Positions 50,601-64,000 of a DNA stretch of 64,000 bases are shown in pieces. The position numbers and the translations under genes were made by a program. The first letter of the stretch is position 1. Every line of letters starts with the position of its first letter. Origin of the DNA: Psilocybe cubensis (Eukaryota); assembly GCA_017499595.2 (NCBI GenBank), contig CM039006.1, forward strand, positions 1,674,001 to 1,738,000, in the 5' to 3' direction. The notes under the pieces are model-generated. The model worked only from the letters and a program-made list of their open reading frames with translations. It searched no databases and was not told the DNA's origin.

Positions 50601-53600
50601 GAGAAGTGGGGTGCGATGGGCTGAAGACGAACGATGATTGGCAAGTCATTGAAGTGACTTGAATATTTTATACGAACGACAGTTTATATTGAAGCACTGC
50701 ATCAGTTTATAGAAAGCAACTAGGGACGTATAAATTGATCCATTCTCTCCGGCGTACCTGCAGAGATTATTTAAAGACCAAGTCAATTAATGTATACCAA
50801 AATGTTCCTGGTATTATGCCTCAACGAGAATTGGTTGAATTCCAGGCCCAGCTGCTGCATGAGCATCTAGATAGTATCCAATGGTTGGAGAATATATTTT
50901 ATTTAATACTCTTACAAGAAATTGAAGACGAAAGGCATTCAAGCTGAAAAATTATTCCCACATTGATGGGCGTCAAATATTCACGTCTCCTCGACAAATA
51001 AGCATTCTTGTATGCAGCCTTTATAGGCTCATTGTGCCTAGCCATTGGCCGCAATCCATGCAGACCCCGTTAGTTGACGCACAAGTACCTGAGAATTTCT
51101 ATTTTAAGCGCCGGAAGTCGAGAACAGCCTGGACATATTAAAGGCAGGGTTTTATTCAATCTGTGCTTTCTGTGTTACATAAAAGCGTTTTTTAGACTAT
51201 TGGAGCATTGTTATGGTAGTAGGTGAATCGAGAATATCCTGTAGAGGCCGCACAGTCGTTCCCTTCAAACCATTTCTTTCTCGCCCACGAGCCAAATATA
51301 CCCCGCTAATGTTATCGCGGAGTTAGCATTATATTGACATGGAATCTCCCATCCGACATGGCTGTGATGAATTGCCGCAATGGACTCTAAACTCACTCAT
51401 ATGGTCTTGGATGCAATTGAAAAAGAGTTTCTTGTATTAGAATGAAGTAGCCGTATTTGTAGGACATAAAATTAAGCAACTAGGTCGCGGAGACGTACCT
51501 CAACATGGAGTACTTGGACGCTACGGACTCTAACCTGAGCTATTATTCTGTAAGGATTAATGATAGACTCATTTCGGGACTGTCAGAAGCAATACGTAGT
51601 AAACATCAAGATGTTCAAATCATCGAACTCAAACTATTCATTGACTATTCACGCAATTCTTGTCAAATTATACAGTAGCCTATGTCCATAACGGGGTCCA
51701 ACTAAACTTTAACTAAGTAGTTGGCATGAACCGGTGGAGGAATTCATCATGTGGATCATCTTGAAAGCAGCCCCTGTTTGTCCTGCAAGTTTGCCTTAGG
51801 GGCGACCTGCTTCCGCGTGCCGGTCGGGATACGTCGGAGATTGAATAAGTATGACTAAGCTATAGGCAAGCAATAACAAACGACTACGACTGGTTTTTCG
51901 TTTTGCTAATTTCCTTTGACTCACCGACTTTTCTCCGATCTCGAAAGCTTCAACGTATCTTTCAGTGTCAGGAACGATACCATAAACCACTTTCAAGTCA
52001 CAGAGTTACTTTTGGAAAACAGCTGAAGGAGGTTATCTGCTAATCTTGGTACCCATCTCGCAACTTAATCGATATTCGCCGAAAGTCAACCATTTTCCCC
52101 CACTTCCTTTGGATTACTCAGGTTGGGATGGCAGACGACGGAATATCTTTCGTCGCCGTAGAGCTTGAATGGACCATGTTCAATACCCACGCAATTGAAT
52201 TGGCTTTCAACCTTGGGTAGGCTCGAGAACATTGACAAAATAACCATGCTGATTGCGTAGGACGTTTCGTATCATTGATGGACAAATGTCTAAAAAATCC
52301 CAAGATCTCTCAATCGCAATACGCACACATACAGGGGGCTCATTTCATGGACCTTGCTTGAAACATTGATATATCTCTACTCTACTTTATCTGCGCAGCG
52401 GGCACCTGAGCTGCTGCCGATATTGAGCTATTCTTCCCGCGTATCTACGACACTGGTTCTCTTTCTATCTTCTCTCAGGCATTCATACACAACTCTTCTG
52501 GATTGTTTCTAGTGAGTACAGTTTATGTTATAGATCATCTCCCTCTAAACGAGGTTATGTTTTTCTTAGCTATCTTTGGCGCTCCATGCAAAAAGTCTAT
52601 CTAAAGAAAGGTCATCAGCACATTAATGAAGCCACGAGGGCCTGTCCGAGACTGCGGCAAAGTCTCACTTAAAAGCTATTCACATCCAATCGGCGCTACG
52701 TCAATCAACGAACCAACAGGAGTACAAAATCTGCCTTCGATATGTATCTCTGCACTTGCGAGTGGTTTGCTGGAGGGAAAACTTTCTGCCACTTGGCTTT
52801 TACCTGCTCACGTCAGTAGAAGACGGCAGCAAACGTCTCGAGTGCTTGACAGATACACTGACATGTGTCTCATCACACGAAATGCAGATTGAACTTCATT
52901 GAGAGGACAACGTGGTAATCAACTTGTCTATGGTGCGAAGTGTTTCCGAATGGCATATGGATCCATGTCTTGCCTGATAGGTGCCCGAAAGAACATTTCA
53001 TCCGGAGGAGCTTTGAAGAAATACGAACGTAATATGCAGTGTCATTTCAGTCCAGGTTTCTGCGAACCTAACAAGCGTAGTTCCAGGACAATATCTTGGT
53101 CTAGGAGAGGCTCAAAGGCACTCATGGCATGATTCACGATGCTGACAAAATGTGGGGATGTCGAAGACTCTATTCAGACATGATAGTTGGTACTCACAAG
53201 ATTTCTCTCAAGGGACCAGACATCAGGTGCCATATACTTGGTCAATGTTCCCAATGGCGTGCTTCTAATGCCGTGTACCTGACAGGCATTCGGCCTATAT
53301 ATCGCATAGTGCCATCAATAGTCGGCATCTTCGGTCATTCGGATGGTCGAGAATTTGCGTTGAACCGAATTTTAAGATACTCGGAGACTGCATACTATAG
53401 CTGGTTAGTGGAGTCAAAACATAAAAAATCAGTATCCACATTTGACCAGTTAGGACCGCTCGAAGCGGACAATATCAATCGATACATTGGATAGGGATAG
53501 CGAGAAGCCCTTCGATTCTTCGAAAGAAATGACCGTCACAGCGAGTAAATTTGGATTGTGAGTTGATACGACGGCCCTCCTTTCATAAAACAAGGATTGA

Positions 53601-53650
53601 AGGCCTGAGACTCTTTCGCTCGGGCTTGCCACTTGATCACATCTTGCTCC

Positions 53651-55354
53651 ATGTCCTCGCACTCTGCTCTCCCTAAGCTCGACAACACCTTTGGTGCGCT
53701 GCTTATCGGAGTGATATTAGCCGCCGCGTAACTTTTAAGAAACCTTCAATGTCTTTGCGTAAGCTAGACTCACCGGACCGTGATCTGTGATACAGGCTTT
53801 GGGGAATAGCAACGGCTCAGGTCTATTGGTGATCGTCTTGCGCATTACTCACGATTCACATATCTAATGGCTATCAGGTACCATATCTCTTACCCCAAAG
53901 ACAGAGTTGGATTGAAGGCACTGGTGAGTTCACCTGCGCCGTTTTGGATAACATAGAGAATTTACGTCATTTTTATTTAGGTCGCTGCTGTATGGTTTGT
54001 ACTACTACTAGCCAATTAAATGACATTGAATGTATGACTCTTCTGGTCTTCGAATGCAGGGTATTAGACACCGTCCACCAGATCGTCATTTGCCAGTCAA
54101 GTGGGGGACCTATCCACCTTTTTCTATATCCAACATGCTAAAATTGGCTTTTTAGTATATTACTTCCTCATCCAGGTAGCTTTGACATGACATGGTCTTT
54201 GTATTTCCTCTCAATCAAGCTTTCAGAATTACTTTAATCCCGCTGCCCTCGATCACCACATATGGAGCTTAGTGGTAATATGTTGTCAGCTGTGCATCTC
54301 CTAATACTTTAATTAACACCGAGTTGAAATAGGTCCAGGCTTTTTTGGAGGTGGAGCTGCTCAGCAAATCTTTATTCCTCGTACTGATCGGATTCAATCT
54401 AGGGTATGGTTTGTCTCGGAGTTCAAGGATTTTTCGTCTTCCGTATCGCAAAACGCGAGTCCATTCCTTATATGATTCTCTCAGTGCAACAACTTACCGA
54501 TGCCCTTTAGTCAGCCGTGGAAATATCACTCTAGTATCCATTCCTAGCGTCTTTGTCCTGGCAAAATTCGGTTCGTGCAATTCTGGTGATGTTATTGCAA
54601 TAATTGCTTAGTCCATTTATAGCTGTAACGTGTGGTGAGCCGACACTTCCTGGCATTGAAAAAATATTTAACGGCAACAGCATATACTAGCAGAGGCTTT
54701 CAGATTCACAGCATCACTGAAGTTCTTCATAAAATCCACAAACTCTCAATCTCAATAAATGGGACAGCAGCAGCGGCAGATGTGATCATCGCAGCAACTA
54801 TGACGTATTTGTTGTATTCCCAAAGAACAGGATGGGCGAATACAGATGGAATCGTCAATCGACTAGTAGTAAGTTTCGTAAACACCAATCTAAACAATGC
54901 ACAGAATTGATCCGATGGTGCAGATTTTCACAGTTAATACCGGTATCGTGACCTCCATGGCGGCACTGATTACTTTAATTGTTGCAGTCACCTTGCCAAA
55001 TAGCCCTATGTATGCAGCGTTTTATTTCATTACCGGGAAATTGTAGGTCGTCCACTCCTGTACACAAAATCTGATCCATAACTCTTATTAAATTAGGTAC
55101 CTGAATACTATGCTGGCGTCATTGAATGCAAGGAAAGGGATATCAACCCTTAAATCCACTTCCGCGTTCCAATTGGAAAGCAACTCTCCGCCTCTCTTTG
55201 TTTCGAAGTTCGATGGACAACTAGACGCCACAAATAGTGCTCAGGGTATTGGCGATAATGCAAGTACAATCTAAGTCTTATCATCAATCTTTATTCTGAC
55301 ACCATGATAAAGTTGCAATTGAAGACCGGCACTTTCACCGGCACAGAGTTTTGA
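53651..55354 (+). CDS. DUF6534-type multi-pass membrane protein (last exon phase uncertain)
   Basis: PKLDNTFGALLIGV, YPKDRVGLKAL, VLDTVHQ, AAADVIIAATMTYLLYSQRTG, TVNTG, YLNTMLASLNARK; many micro-exons. Confidence 0.82.
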
Positions 55355-56457
55355 CGTTGCATACCGACTTCGCTCATCAATTGTAGTATTACGTAATATT
55401 AATAATTACCCACTGACTTTTACTTTTTTTATTTAAAGCAGCGACCCCCTTCTGCATGTCCGCATTTGGCTATATGTACTTATGGAGCTGGCTTCCACAA
55501 TTCCACTTGGAAAACGGTTCCGAAGTACAGTGTACCAGTGACCATGCTGGTATCAACAGATAACAGAGGTCAAAATCGGCTCAAGGCACACTATGATATA
55601 GATATAGATGTTGCAGATAATAGCATTGCAGGCGCAAGAGCGTAGGCTAGGAATTGAAATTTTTAGTTCTTTTTTGAAAAACTAGACCCAATTTTTACCA
55701 TTACATTCCAGTGTGGACTAGGCATGTAGAGCATGCAGACCACTTTCCAGAAAGTGAGTACATAAAGCTCGGAGAAGAGTATCGCTTCGATGTGTGCTTA
55801 CTGCTTAGGCTCTTATCACCGGTGTGCTTACATGATTCTTCTATTGCCCATATGTTCATTTGTTTGTCGTTAAGATCAGGGCCCGGTTAACTTTCGCAGT
55901 GGACTTCTTTGATCTCACGTCATCGATCCGTGTCTGATGGCTCCCCTTCGTTTTAGCCTTAATCTTCATTTTTGACCTCCAAACATCAGATATCTATTTA
56001 TCATCCTTCTTCCAACCTGACATCATTATTATGAAGAATAGAATACGAGAGTATGGTCTGTGCAGCGTAGAAGGTGATGACCGTTGAAGGTGCTGTATAG
56101 AATCTATATATATTTATGTCAGTTTGCAACGATCATCGATACATATCCGACTGGTTATTGAGTCGGTATTTGCCATTCCGCCGCCGTCTCGCTAGCCCAC
56201 CAGTATTGCTCCAGGTTGTTTCCCCTTGGAACAAATATGAGATATACATTGACCTAAATGTGCCTGCAGGGCCAAGTTTCTATCTCGAAAATATAGTCCT
56301 TTATTATACAACACACACACTTCAGTGTTACACGCATTCACCGCCTGCTCAAATACTAATCAAATTACGACCGTAAATACTTCGCATATGGGCATTCTGT
56401 AGAGACTTGGAGAGTTAACGTTTGATGCACCGCACTGATGCAAAAATGCATTGGAGT

Positions 56458-57727
56458 CTACGTCGAGAATCCTTCATCTAGCCAGTTGACGAGGAATGGC
56501 GCCAATTTGCCCAAATCTCTGTCGCCTACGAGAAATTTCATGAGGAGATCGTCATGAATTCCGTGTTCCTCGACGAATAACTTCGCATCTTTGTGATGCT
56601 TTTCCAACTTCTTGAAGTACTGGATAATTGCGTCTCGAAGAACTTCACCCTCACCAGCACTGATCAACACTCGCTTGACCAAGTCGTTACATCCATCTAG
56701 CCAGTCGTCTGGTGCAGAAAGGGGGTTCACATAGGGAGTAGCTGATTCTGGAAGCCCTTCTAGGACTTTGCTTCCCCAATACAGTCCGGTACGCACGCCG
56801 AGGATATCGTCTCTGCCCTCATTCGTATGGGCAACGGGCTCATCCGTGAGCAGGGTCCAAGGGGACATTATGTATGCGCCACCAAGGGGAGACGAGAACG
56901 TCAGTGTAGGGACACCATCCACTGGATGAAGAATGTGCGATAACAATTGATGGAAGATTATCCCTCCAGCCGAATCCCCCACAAGTTGTATATTTTGAGG
57001 GTGTACTCCAGAGTTAACGAGATGTTGTACAGCAGCGATAACCTGTTTTAACTGAGTTGGAAATGTCGCATCTGGGACAAGGGCTTGGACATTTTAAGCT
57101 ATATCTTTGAAAATTCAAGATCATGTGAGAGTACCACTTACTGTAGTTCAAAATAGCTACGCCTGTGGGCTTTTTCTTCTTCTCGAGTTCCTCTTGAAGG
57201 TAGATCAGAAATTTTGGGGTCGAAGCCATCATTCCCCAGAGGAATGCACCGCCTAATAGTGGGACAAAGTATCTCTATCATTAATGTCAGGTCCACAGCC
57301 CATTGAACTGACCATGAAGATATAAAATAATACGGTCTGTTCTTTTAGGTCCAATCCATAATAATTTTGCATTTTCACCGATCTCTTCGGTTATCGGGGT
57401 TGCTTTTTCAGCTTTGATAAAAGCGGCGTAGGTGTCTTGAGTTTCTCCAAAGAAGGCCCGAATCTGTCGTCTGTTCATATTGTAAAGTGCTCGGAGGGAG
57501 ACTCGGTCAATGGCAACCCGCTTCCAGCTTTTGGCTTTTCCGTCCTCTGTGAACTGAGATTTTATAAGGGCCCAAGTAATCAAGGCAGCTGACGAGAGAT
57601 AAACATTCAGCAAAGAACTTAGGGATTCATGCTGTTACTGACGGGCAGGCAAAAGAATAACTAGCATTTTTGCTTTGTCTAGAGCCGACAGCCTGTTCCT
57701 TGGGAGTACAGACGAAGTTTTGGACAT
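56458..57727 (-). CDS. Alpha/beta hydrolase (HSL/Say1-like esterase)
   Basis: ILYLHGGAF oxyanion motif, GDSAGG nucleophile elbow, SPW, GEGEVLRD, HGIHDD. Confidence 0.9.
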
Positions 57728-58647
57728 TTTAGCGATGTTCTAATGAATGAGGAGCGACGAAGCTAGATTTTCATGCAACAAAACACGTCGTAATAAGTCA
57801 TCGAGCTCAAGTCCATTGCTGACTTGAATTCATGATTATTCACACGCTTGTCCATCTCCTGATCAGAAAAGAGGGCATCCAGGATTCAACCACTGCTCAT
57901 AACGCTTCATGTCAGGTATCACACAGGACGACATCAATTACTGCCAACCAAAATGTTGGCAAGTACAATTGTGAGAGCCGAAGTGGGCCGAAGAAGATTA
58001 AGCGTTTGCTAGACAGTTATCGCCTGACGAAGCCACGAAGTACTCTGTTACCAAACCTTCGGACTCTTGAGTAAGTTGAGTGTCATGTTCGGGAAAGGTG
58101 CAAATATAGGTGCCTCCAATGGCATAGCGATTGTGAGGAAAACAGTGGTGAAAATGACATGCTGATCGTTTTCAGTGATCCATGCCACTAGTTGACAGAC
58201 GGAGTCCCACAGATTGATCACGTACTTGAGTGTCCATCAGATGGGTTACCATCCGAACTTTCCATGGTTGATGATCTGATGGCGGTGGGTTTACATAGTT
58301 CCGGTGACTGAGCGAAGAAAGGGGGCTAAAATCATCGTGATCCTTTCTCTCGCGACTCGCGAGCAACTCGCGGGTCGCTATTGCATTAGCCTACAAGTAC
58401 TCCACCTTCTGGATCTCCGTACAACATTTGTACCCATTTGGTATCATTGCACACCAGTTTGTCAAATTTTCAGTATTCTGTATCTAGTGGAAGATTTACT
58501 GGACGGAACGCCTGGGACCTTGAGAAATTTACACGCCCACAAGTGGTATTAACAACCAGTAATAACAACATCGTAACGTTAAATACAATGGTAATATAGT
58601 ACATAAAATTGAACATCATAACTCTACTACTACAATATAACTAAAAG

Positions 58648-60794
58648 CTACAGATGGGCTGACACACGGCTGAAGTCTGAAACTTGTGCAGAGCGTCCAT
58701 GGCTAAAGTGATCGAGAGTTTCCAAGGAGTCCACAAACTGGTTCCAGCTTTCGTCGGAGACAATGGGTGCAGTGATGTATTCCTTGGTGTCGAGAGCTTC
58801 AATAAAGTCTTCCAGACGAGGCAGGAGGCGTTCCGCTGCATCAGCCTCCATCTTGTTCTGTTGATCACGAGTAATTCCAGCATTCTCGCTGTACCAAGCT
58901 TGGTCAAGTTTGATAACGCTAGCAAGGAATAATTCCAGAATGTCCTTGTCTATCCCTTCCTTCACAGCGATTTCATACGCCATTCGATGACCAATGGCTT
59001 CCAGCAGAGGTTGACAAGCCGGTAACAGCCTTCCAGCGATTTTGGGATCTCGGGAGCTAGAGACAGTAGACAGCAAGTTGTCCTGGAGGTTCTTGATGAG
59101 CGATATCTCATGTCTTGACAGAAGGCTGTTAGCATCGTCATGCTTCGGAGGAGTTCTGGTCCCTAGAAGGACTTCGATTGCAAATCCTAGATTCGTGGGC
59201 GCTAAGCGACAGAAATAATCAAATGACATACAAACATCCTACTCACGGATTGATATGGCAAGAACATCACCCTCAGCGATTACAGCGCCTCGAATATCAG
59301 ACTGGAAACTGTGAGTTTCGTCTTGCCACGATATAAATTACAGGACTTACATGTAGTACAGACAGCTGATTGGCTTCATACAAACCTTGGACACCACATC
59401 TTTCTGACAAAATCAGTGGGATAGACTGGGCGAATCGACTTATGGTTGTTTTGAAGACAGCCGCAATGAAGTGCTTCTCGTATAACTCAGTCTTGGCGGT
59501 AAAAAGCCCATGACAGTGCTTGGCCATCTTTTCCATCACAAATGTTTGTGATAACGCGGTAAGCACAGGCTGGGACTGTGTGCTAAAAGCGATGATCGGA
59601 CGAGGAAGTCCGGTGACGGGGTCAATTACTGTTCTTCGCAAGCTGTACTTCCCTCCAATATAGGAAGACATACGCATGACTGAAAGACACAGAGCACCCA
59701 TAGAAAGTGCACCGACAACAATTCGATAGATGGTTGTGAAGAATGCCGCGCGCACGTCGGTTGGTTTGTCGAGGTTTCCCAGCAGTGCAGCGGCAGGTAG
59801 TCGAACATGGTTGAAATACGTCAAGGCGTGCTTGATAGGTCTGGATCCACCTTTCGTATCGCATTAGTCAAGAGCGTCATGGTGATAGAGAAAAAGATCT
59901 ACCTCTTGGAGGAAGAATTTTACAAGATATTCCTGGGTTCATCCGGACTCCATCACTGAGATACACGATAAATGGTTTAATTCCATGATCCTCGTCGTTT
60001 ACAATTAAGCGGGCGAAAACAACAGAGACGACAGGTGTCCCGCAAGGCGCAGTAGGAGGCATGTATCTGCAAATTCGCTCTCATCAGAAATACAGCTCGC
60101 GACCATTGGAAGAGGAAGACTGACTTGGCAGCTGCTGGGGTGGGCGTGTGAAGGTCGAACTCGCCACTTGGCAGGAGAGTAGCAGTGGTCTCCATGTTCC
60201 TGACATCGATCCCATGCCCGAGCTCAGTTAGGCAATATTGACCTCTGTAAAGATTTATTGAGCTGAATTGAACTGTTGAGATAGGATTCAACAACTTACG
60301 ACAGCTCGAACGACAAAAGCTTCTCTAAGATCTGCGCCACGTCCTCTCTGTCTCCGGCATACATAGAAAGTGTCCCGCCACAAAGATTGTAATGAATAGT
60401 GACTAGCGTCCCGGCAGAACAGTCCTACACATATATCGTCAGTATTTATTGAAGTTTTGTAAGACGCGACCGACCATCATCATTATGGGATCAGAACTGT
60501 GGGCATGTATAATCAGCGTCCAGTATTGCAACTTTGATTTGAATGTTAATCACGCACTGGAATTCCCAGTATCTTGGTGACACAGTAGCAAGGTCATGCC
60601 TAGTGAGGCCTGTAAGCCACGGTAAGTCCCTTGATGTTTTGTGCTGGGGATTACAGACAGGAATAGGACTTACGATAAGTTTTCACGATCGACTTTACTC
60701 GCGCATAAGTTAGCGCTATCCGTTGGTCGAAGTTCAGAGTGTCGGGGGAGATTCTCCATAGAGGGCTTTGAGCTAGCTGAGTGGACGTCCTCAT
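58648..60794 (-). CDS. Acyl-CoA oxidase/dehydrogenase-like flavoprotein
   Basis: TIHYNLCGGT, GQYCLTELGHGIDV, LHTPTPAAAKYMPPT, ERCGVQGL, IAEGDVL. Confidence 0.88.
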
Positions 60795-62884
60795 GGTTCA
60801 AGAGGTAGATTCGATAGATGTGGGGTGACTGGAGTAAAACTTAAGGCAGATTTTACCGAGCCATGAGAATATAAGGAAGCCCTAGAACCTCTGTAACAGC
60901 GCATAGTCGGAACAGTCGATCTGTTCAGGACTGTTCTCTGCCGGTTGTTTTCTGGACATAATTCCAGGTCGCTATTCCCAAGCGAATACCAACTTCTTTG
61001 CGGAACGTCAACATTTTCAAATACTAGGCTTAGTTTAGATCACTGCCATTATTGACGTATGTGAGCCACATATCGTGGGAAATAGGAAAAGGGGGTCTCT
61101 GTTCAGTGTTATATATATCTCATTATTTGTTCCCCAACTGCCAAACATCAATTGATGGCATCAAATGGCACTCCAAACGGCATTCTAATTCGTTAAACAT
61201 TGTCCATCCATACTTGATCCATGTTTATGCCGCTCCATGTATTGAAAGCCCCCATGGCGTTATCATTGTAGATTCCCCTAGGACTATCCGGCTTCAGAAA
61301 ACCACCCTTGATCCTTTACATTCAATTTTGACTTCCATGTTACATCGGCCTGCCAGAGCATTAGTACCGTTCGGAATTTGTCAATTAAGTCAATGAAGCA
61401 AGCCCAACACAAGCTACGAGGAGGTAAAGAAGTACCGGGATCACCGAATACAATTTGCGATGATAAGAAAGTCTGCAAGGAAGCTGAGAGAACTGTCGCC
61501 CAACGCGTGGCATAGTGCTACACCGCCGCAAGATATCTAGCTAACGATGAGAAGGGAAAGCCTAATGCTGCTTCAACTCGAATGATTCCATCCTACAATA
61601 CTATAGCTAAAATTAGTGTACCCCAGATAAATGATATGGACACACGAGTCTTAGAATCCAGATTAGACATCTTCACTATTCATGGCTTCACTGATTGTCG
61701 GGAGCCGATCATAGGTACCTCTTTCGCAAAAGGATGCATCGGTGAGAAATTTCAAGCAGAAATATCTTCTAACAGTCTCGCACTACGTCTCCGTCATACA
61801 AAGAAAGTATAACGGGAATTCGGGAGGAAACAACATAAGTAAATTTGTGGTCAAGTACTTTGAAAGCCTTTTCAGAACGAATCAGTTCAAGTCAAAACGC
61901 TTTCCTACTGATACTAAAGTTTAAATTATCGGTTAGTGTGTAAATAATTCATACCCATTTCCGAAATCACGGTTCACAGGATAGGTATGTCGTACAAACT
62001 ACCATACGGGTAGTGTGTTTTATCATCTCACTCTCAGAAGACACCGTATGAATATATAGGGTTTGCGCAGTGGGAGTCTATGGTACGTTTTTAGTGGAGA
62101 GAGCCGTGTTAATAGCGGTCATGCTTGCCGCAAGACAGGTTTCTTTGCTTAAACCGTCCCTCTGTTGTGTATACTGACTTTGAGAGATACCAAATCCCCG
62201 AACTCCCCTTCACTAATCTTGATCAAGCGTAGGCTTTAGTTTCAAGGTCCCAGTGAGGCGCTCCGACACGACACTCACGAGTTTTCCTCCTTTGATCGGA
62301 GAAGTAGTGATGGTCGGCCGGACAGTACGTTCCTCTCTATTAAAAGACGTGGTTTACATGTGGAAACCACTTCTCCCGAAGGCTGGACAAATTTTATCTC
62401 TCACTTTAGAGTTAAAAACCCAGGTTAGATGTGAAACATCTTCACAAGGGTACTTTATCCGGATGGTCGTGATTGCAAGGACAAAGCGCTCCAACTGGTA
62501 ACGATAGGTTTCACCTCTCCCTTCAATAGTGCCGACGAGAAGAACACGATGACACTGAAAGTTGGGGGAATATATAGCCAGTCTCTAAAATCTCATGCCG
62601 CAGATGTCAAGAAGATAGATGGTTTTCACAAGGATCTGGATTGGCGACTGAACCCCACAGCCATGATGCTTTCAAGATGTCGACGATCCGGATGACACCT
62701 TCTCAACGTTCGGGCGGAGTTACAATTTGTGATTGATGGTGACAATGGAACCCTGTCCGGACTCGAAGCAGACTGGCCTTTTTTGGCTCCATACCAATGT
62801 AAAGCCCCATCTGTTAGTATAAAACTACAAGACCTCAGGTAGAATGGGTACCGAATCTTTCCTCTCCGGTTTTCCTGTTCAGCG

Positions 62885-64000
62885 ATGTCTGCCGCTGCGC
62901 CCCCTGCCCTTCCAAAGCTCGACAACACTTTTGGCGCTTTGCTGATAGGGGTGATACTAGCCGCCGCGTAAGTTGTACCCCCATCAATGCGGTAGTGTTG
63001 GCTCAATGTGTTCCGAACATCTAGTCTATGGGGAATCGGAACTGCTCAGTGCTACTGGTATTTCTCAAATTCTTGTCTGTAATCTCATCTGTTCTGCCTC
63101 TCATATCCATCCGTAGGTATTATATCACATACCCTAAGGATAGGATCGGGATTAAAGCGCTGGTAAGTCGTGGCTTCAGATGACTGGCTGGTATTGACGT
63201 TTATCATGATAGGTCGCTGCTATTTGGTCCGTTTTACCGTCAATTAACACCGGTTCTCCCTTAATACTCTTCAATCTACAATAGGATATTAGATTCTGTC
63301 CATCAAGCGGTCATCGTACAGTCAAGTAAGTCGTATCATCTTTACCCGCCTGGGCAACATGTTAGATGTTGATCCGTTTTCAGTATATTATTTTCTCATC
63401 CAGGTACCTCTTCGCTTCCAGACCATGATCGACGTTCGCATCATTAATTTCATCGATGGTAGAACTATTTTAATCCAGCGGCGCTTGATAACCATATATG
63501 GAGCTTGGTGGTACGCCCAAATTTGCAGTTGACACCTGAGATGATAACTCACCTCACCAAAACCTTCATCAGATACAAGCTTTACTAGAGGTAGACCATA
63601 CAGCACCTTTCTCTTAGTTAAATCATAACTCAATCCGCGTGTAGGGTCTCGTCTGCCTTGGTGTTCAGGGTTTCTTTGTGTATCGTATTTGGAAATGTGA
63701 GCTCGATTCAATTATCCTGTGAGCTTCATTAACACGTATTAAATAATAGTAAGTCGAAAAAACTACATCCTCGTCGCTATACCCAGTGTTTTCGTCATAG
63801 CAAAATTTGGTGCGTCGCGCATTGCGATTGGCCTTTTTTTCTATACACTGATTTGCTCCCCCGTTTAGCTGTAACATGCGGTAAGCCATCAAGGGATCTG
63901 ACTAGCTATGACTAACCTCGTATCTTCTACCCACAGCCTATACCCACCGAGCATTTCAAATCCATAGCATTACAGAAGTTCTTCACGAAATACACCATTT
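62885..64000 (+). CDS. DUF6534-type membrane protein, paralog of 53651-55354, runs off the window end
   Basis: MSAAAPPALPKLDNTFGALLIGVILAAA; same micro-exon pattern as the paralog. Confidence 0.82.

Noticed and set aside
50140-50637. 165-aa plus-strand ORF
   Set aside because: Antisense to the membrane protein gene; no independent support.
50700-53600. Short ORFs and intron-like signals (e.g. GTGAGT near 52512) in a 3-kb gap
   Set aside because: No coherent spliced protein or motif could be assembled; a lncRNA or decayed gene cannot be supported without RNA data.
60900-62800. Scattered 60-114-aa ORFs in the divergent intergenic region
   Set aside because: No recognisable motifs, repeats or consistent exon structure.

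Overview
Intron-rich fungal DNA, most consistent with an agaricomycete (mushroom-forming basidiomycete), judged from ~50-nt GT-AG introns with CTAAC/CTGAC branch points and the gene families present. About 24 host protein genes can be reconstructed by hand: a GH51 arabinofuranosidase, a metacaspase-like gene with an in-frame stop, LSM6, CDC50, CIA1, a GPI-type protein, a GNAT pair, a DUF3433-type protein, SIN1, an AIF/AMID-like oxidoreductase, three NmrA/EasG-like genes, a double-CVNH lectin, a class I HDAC, a CmcJ/AsaB-like gene, snurportin, HIS5, an unknown membrane protein, two DUF6534-type genes, an alpha/beta hydrolase and an acyl-CoA oxidase-like gene. There is also an intron-containing tRNA-Ala(AGC). 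The most notable structure is a three-layer mobile-DNA nest at 30004-35795. The outer layer is a non-autonomous Helitron-like element with unusual 5'-TT...hairpin-CAAG-3' ends, apparently inserted at A^T with no target duplication. It carries two convergent intron-containing cargo genes (one with a nucleotidyltransferase-like GS...DxD motif) separated by an array of 43-bp palindromes. An inverted relative of the same family has inserted into the first cargo gene, and a CACTG-ended foldback MITE has inserted into that relative. A 5'-truncated LINE-like tail with a 13-bp TSD and a solo MITE arm also occur. All gene models are manual splice reconstructions, and family names come from motif recognition, not database searches.
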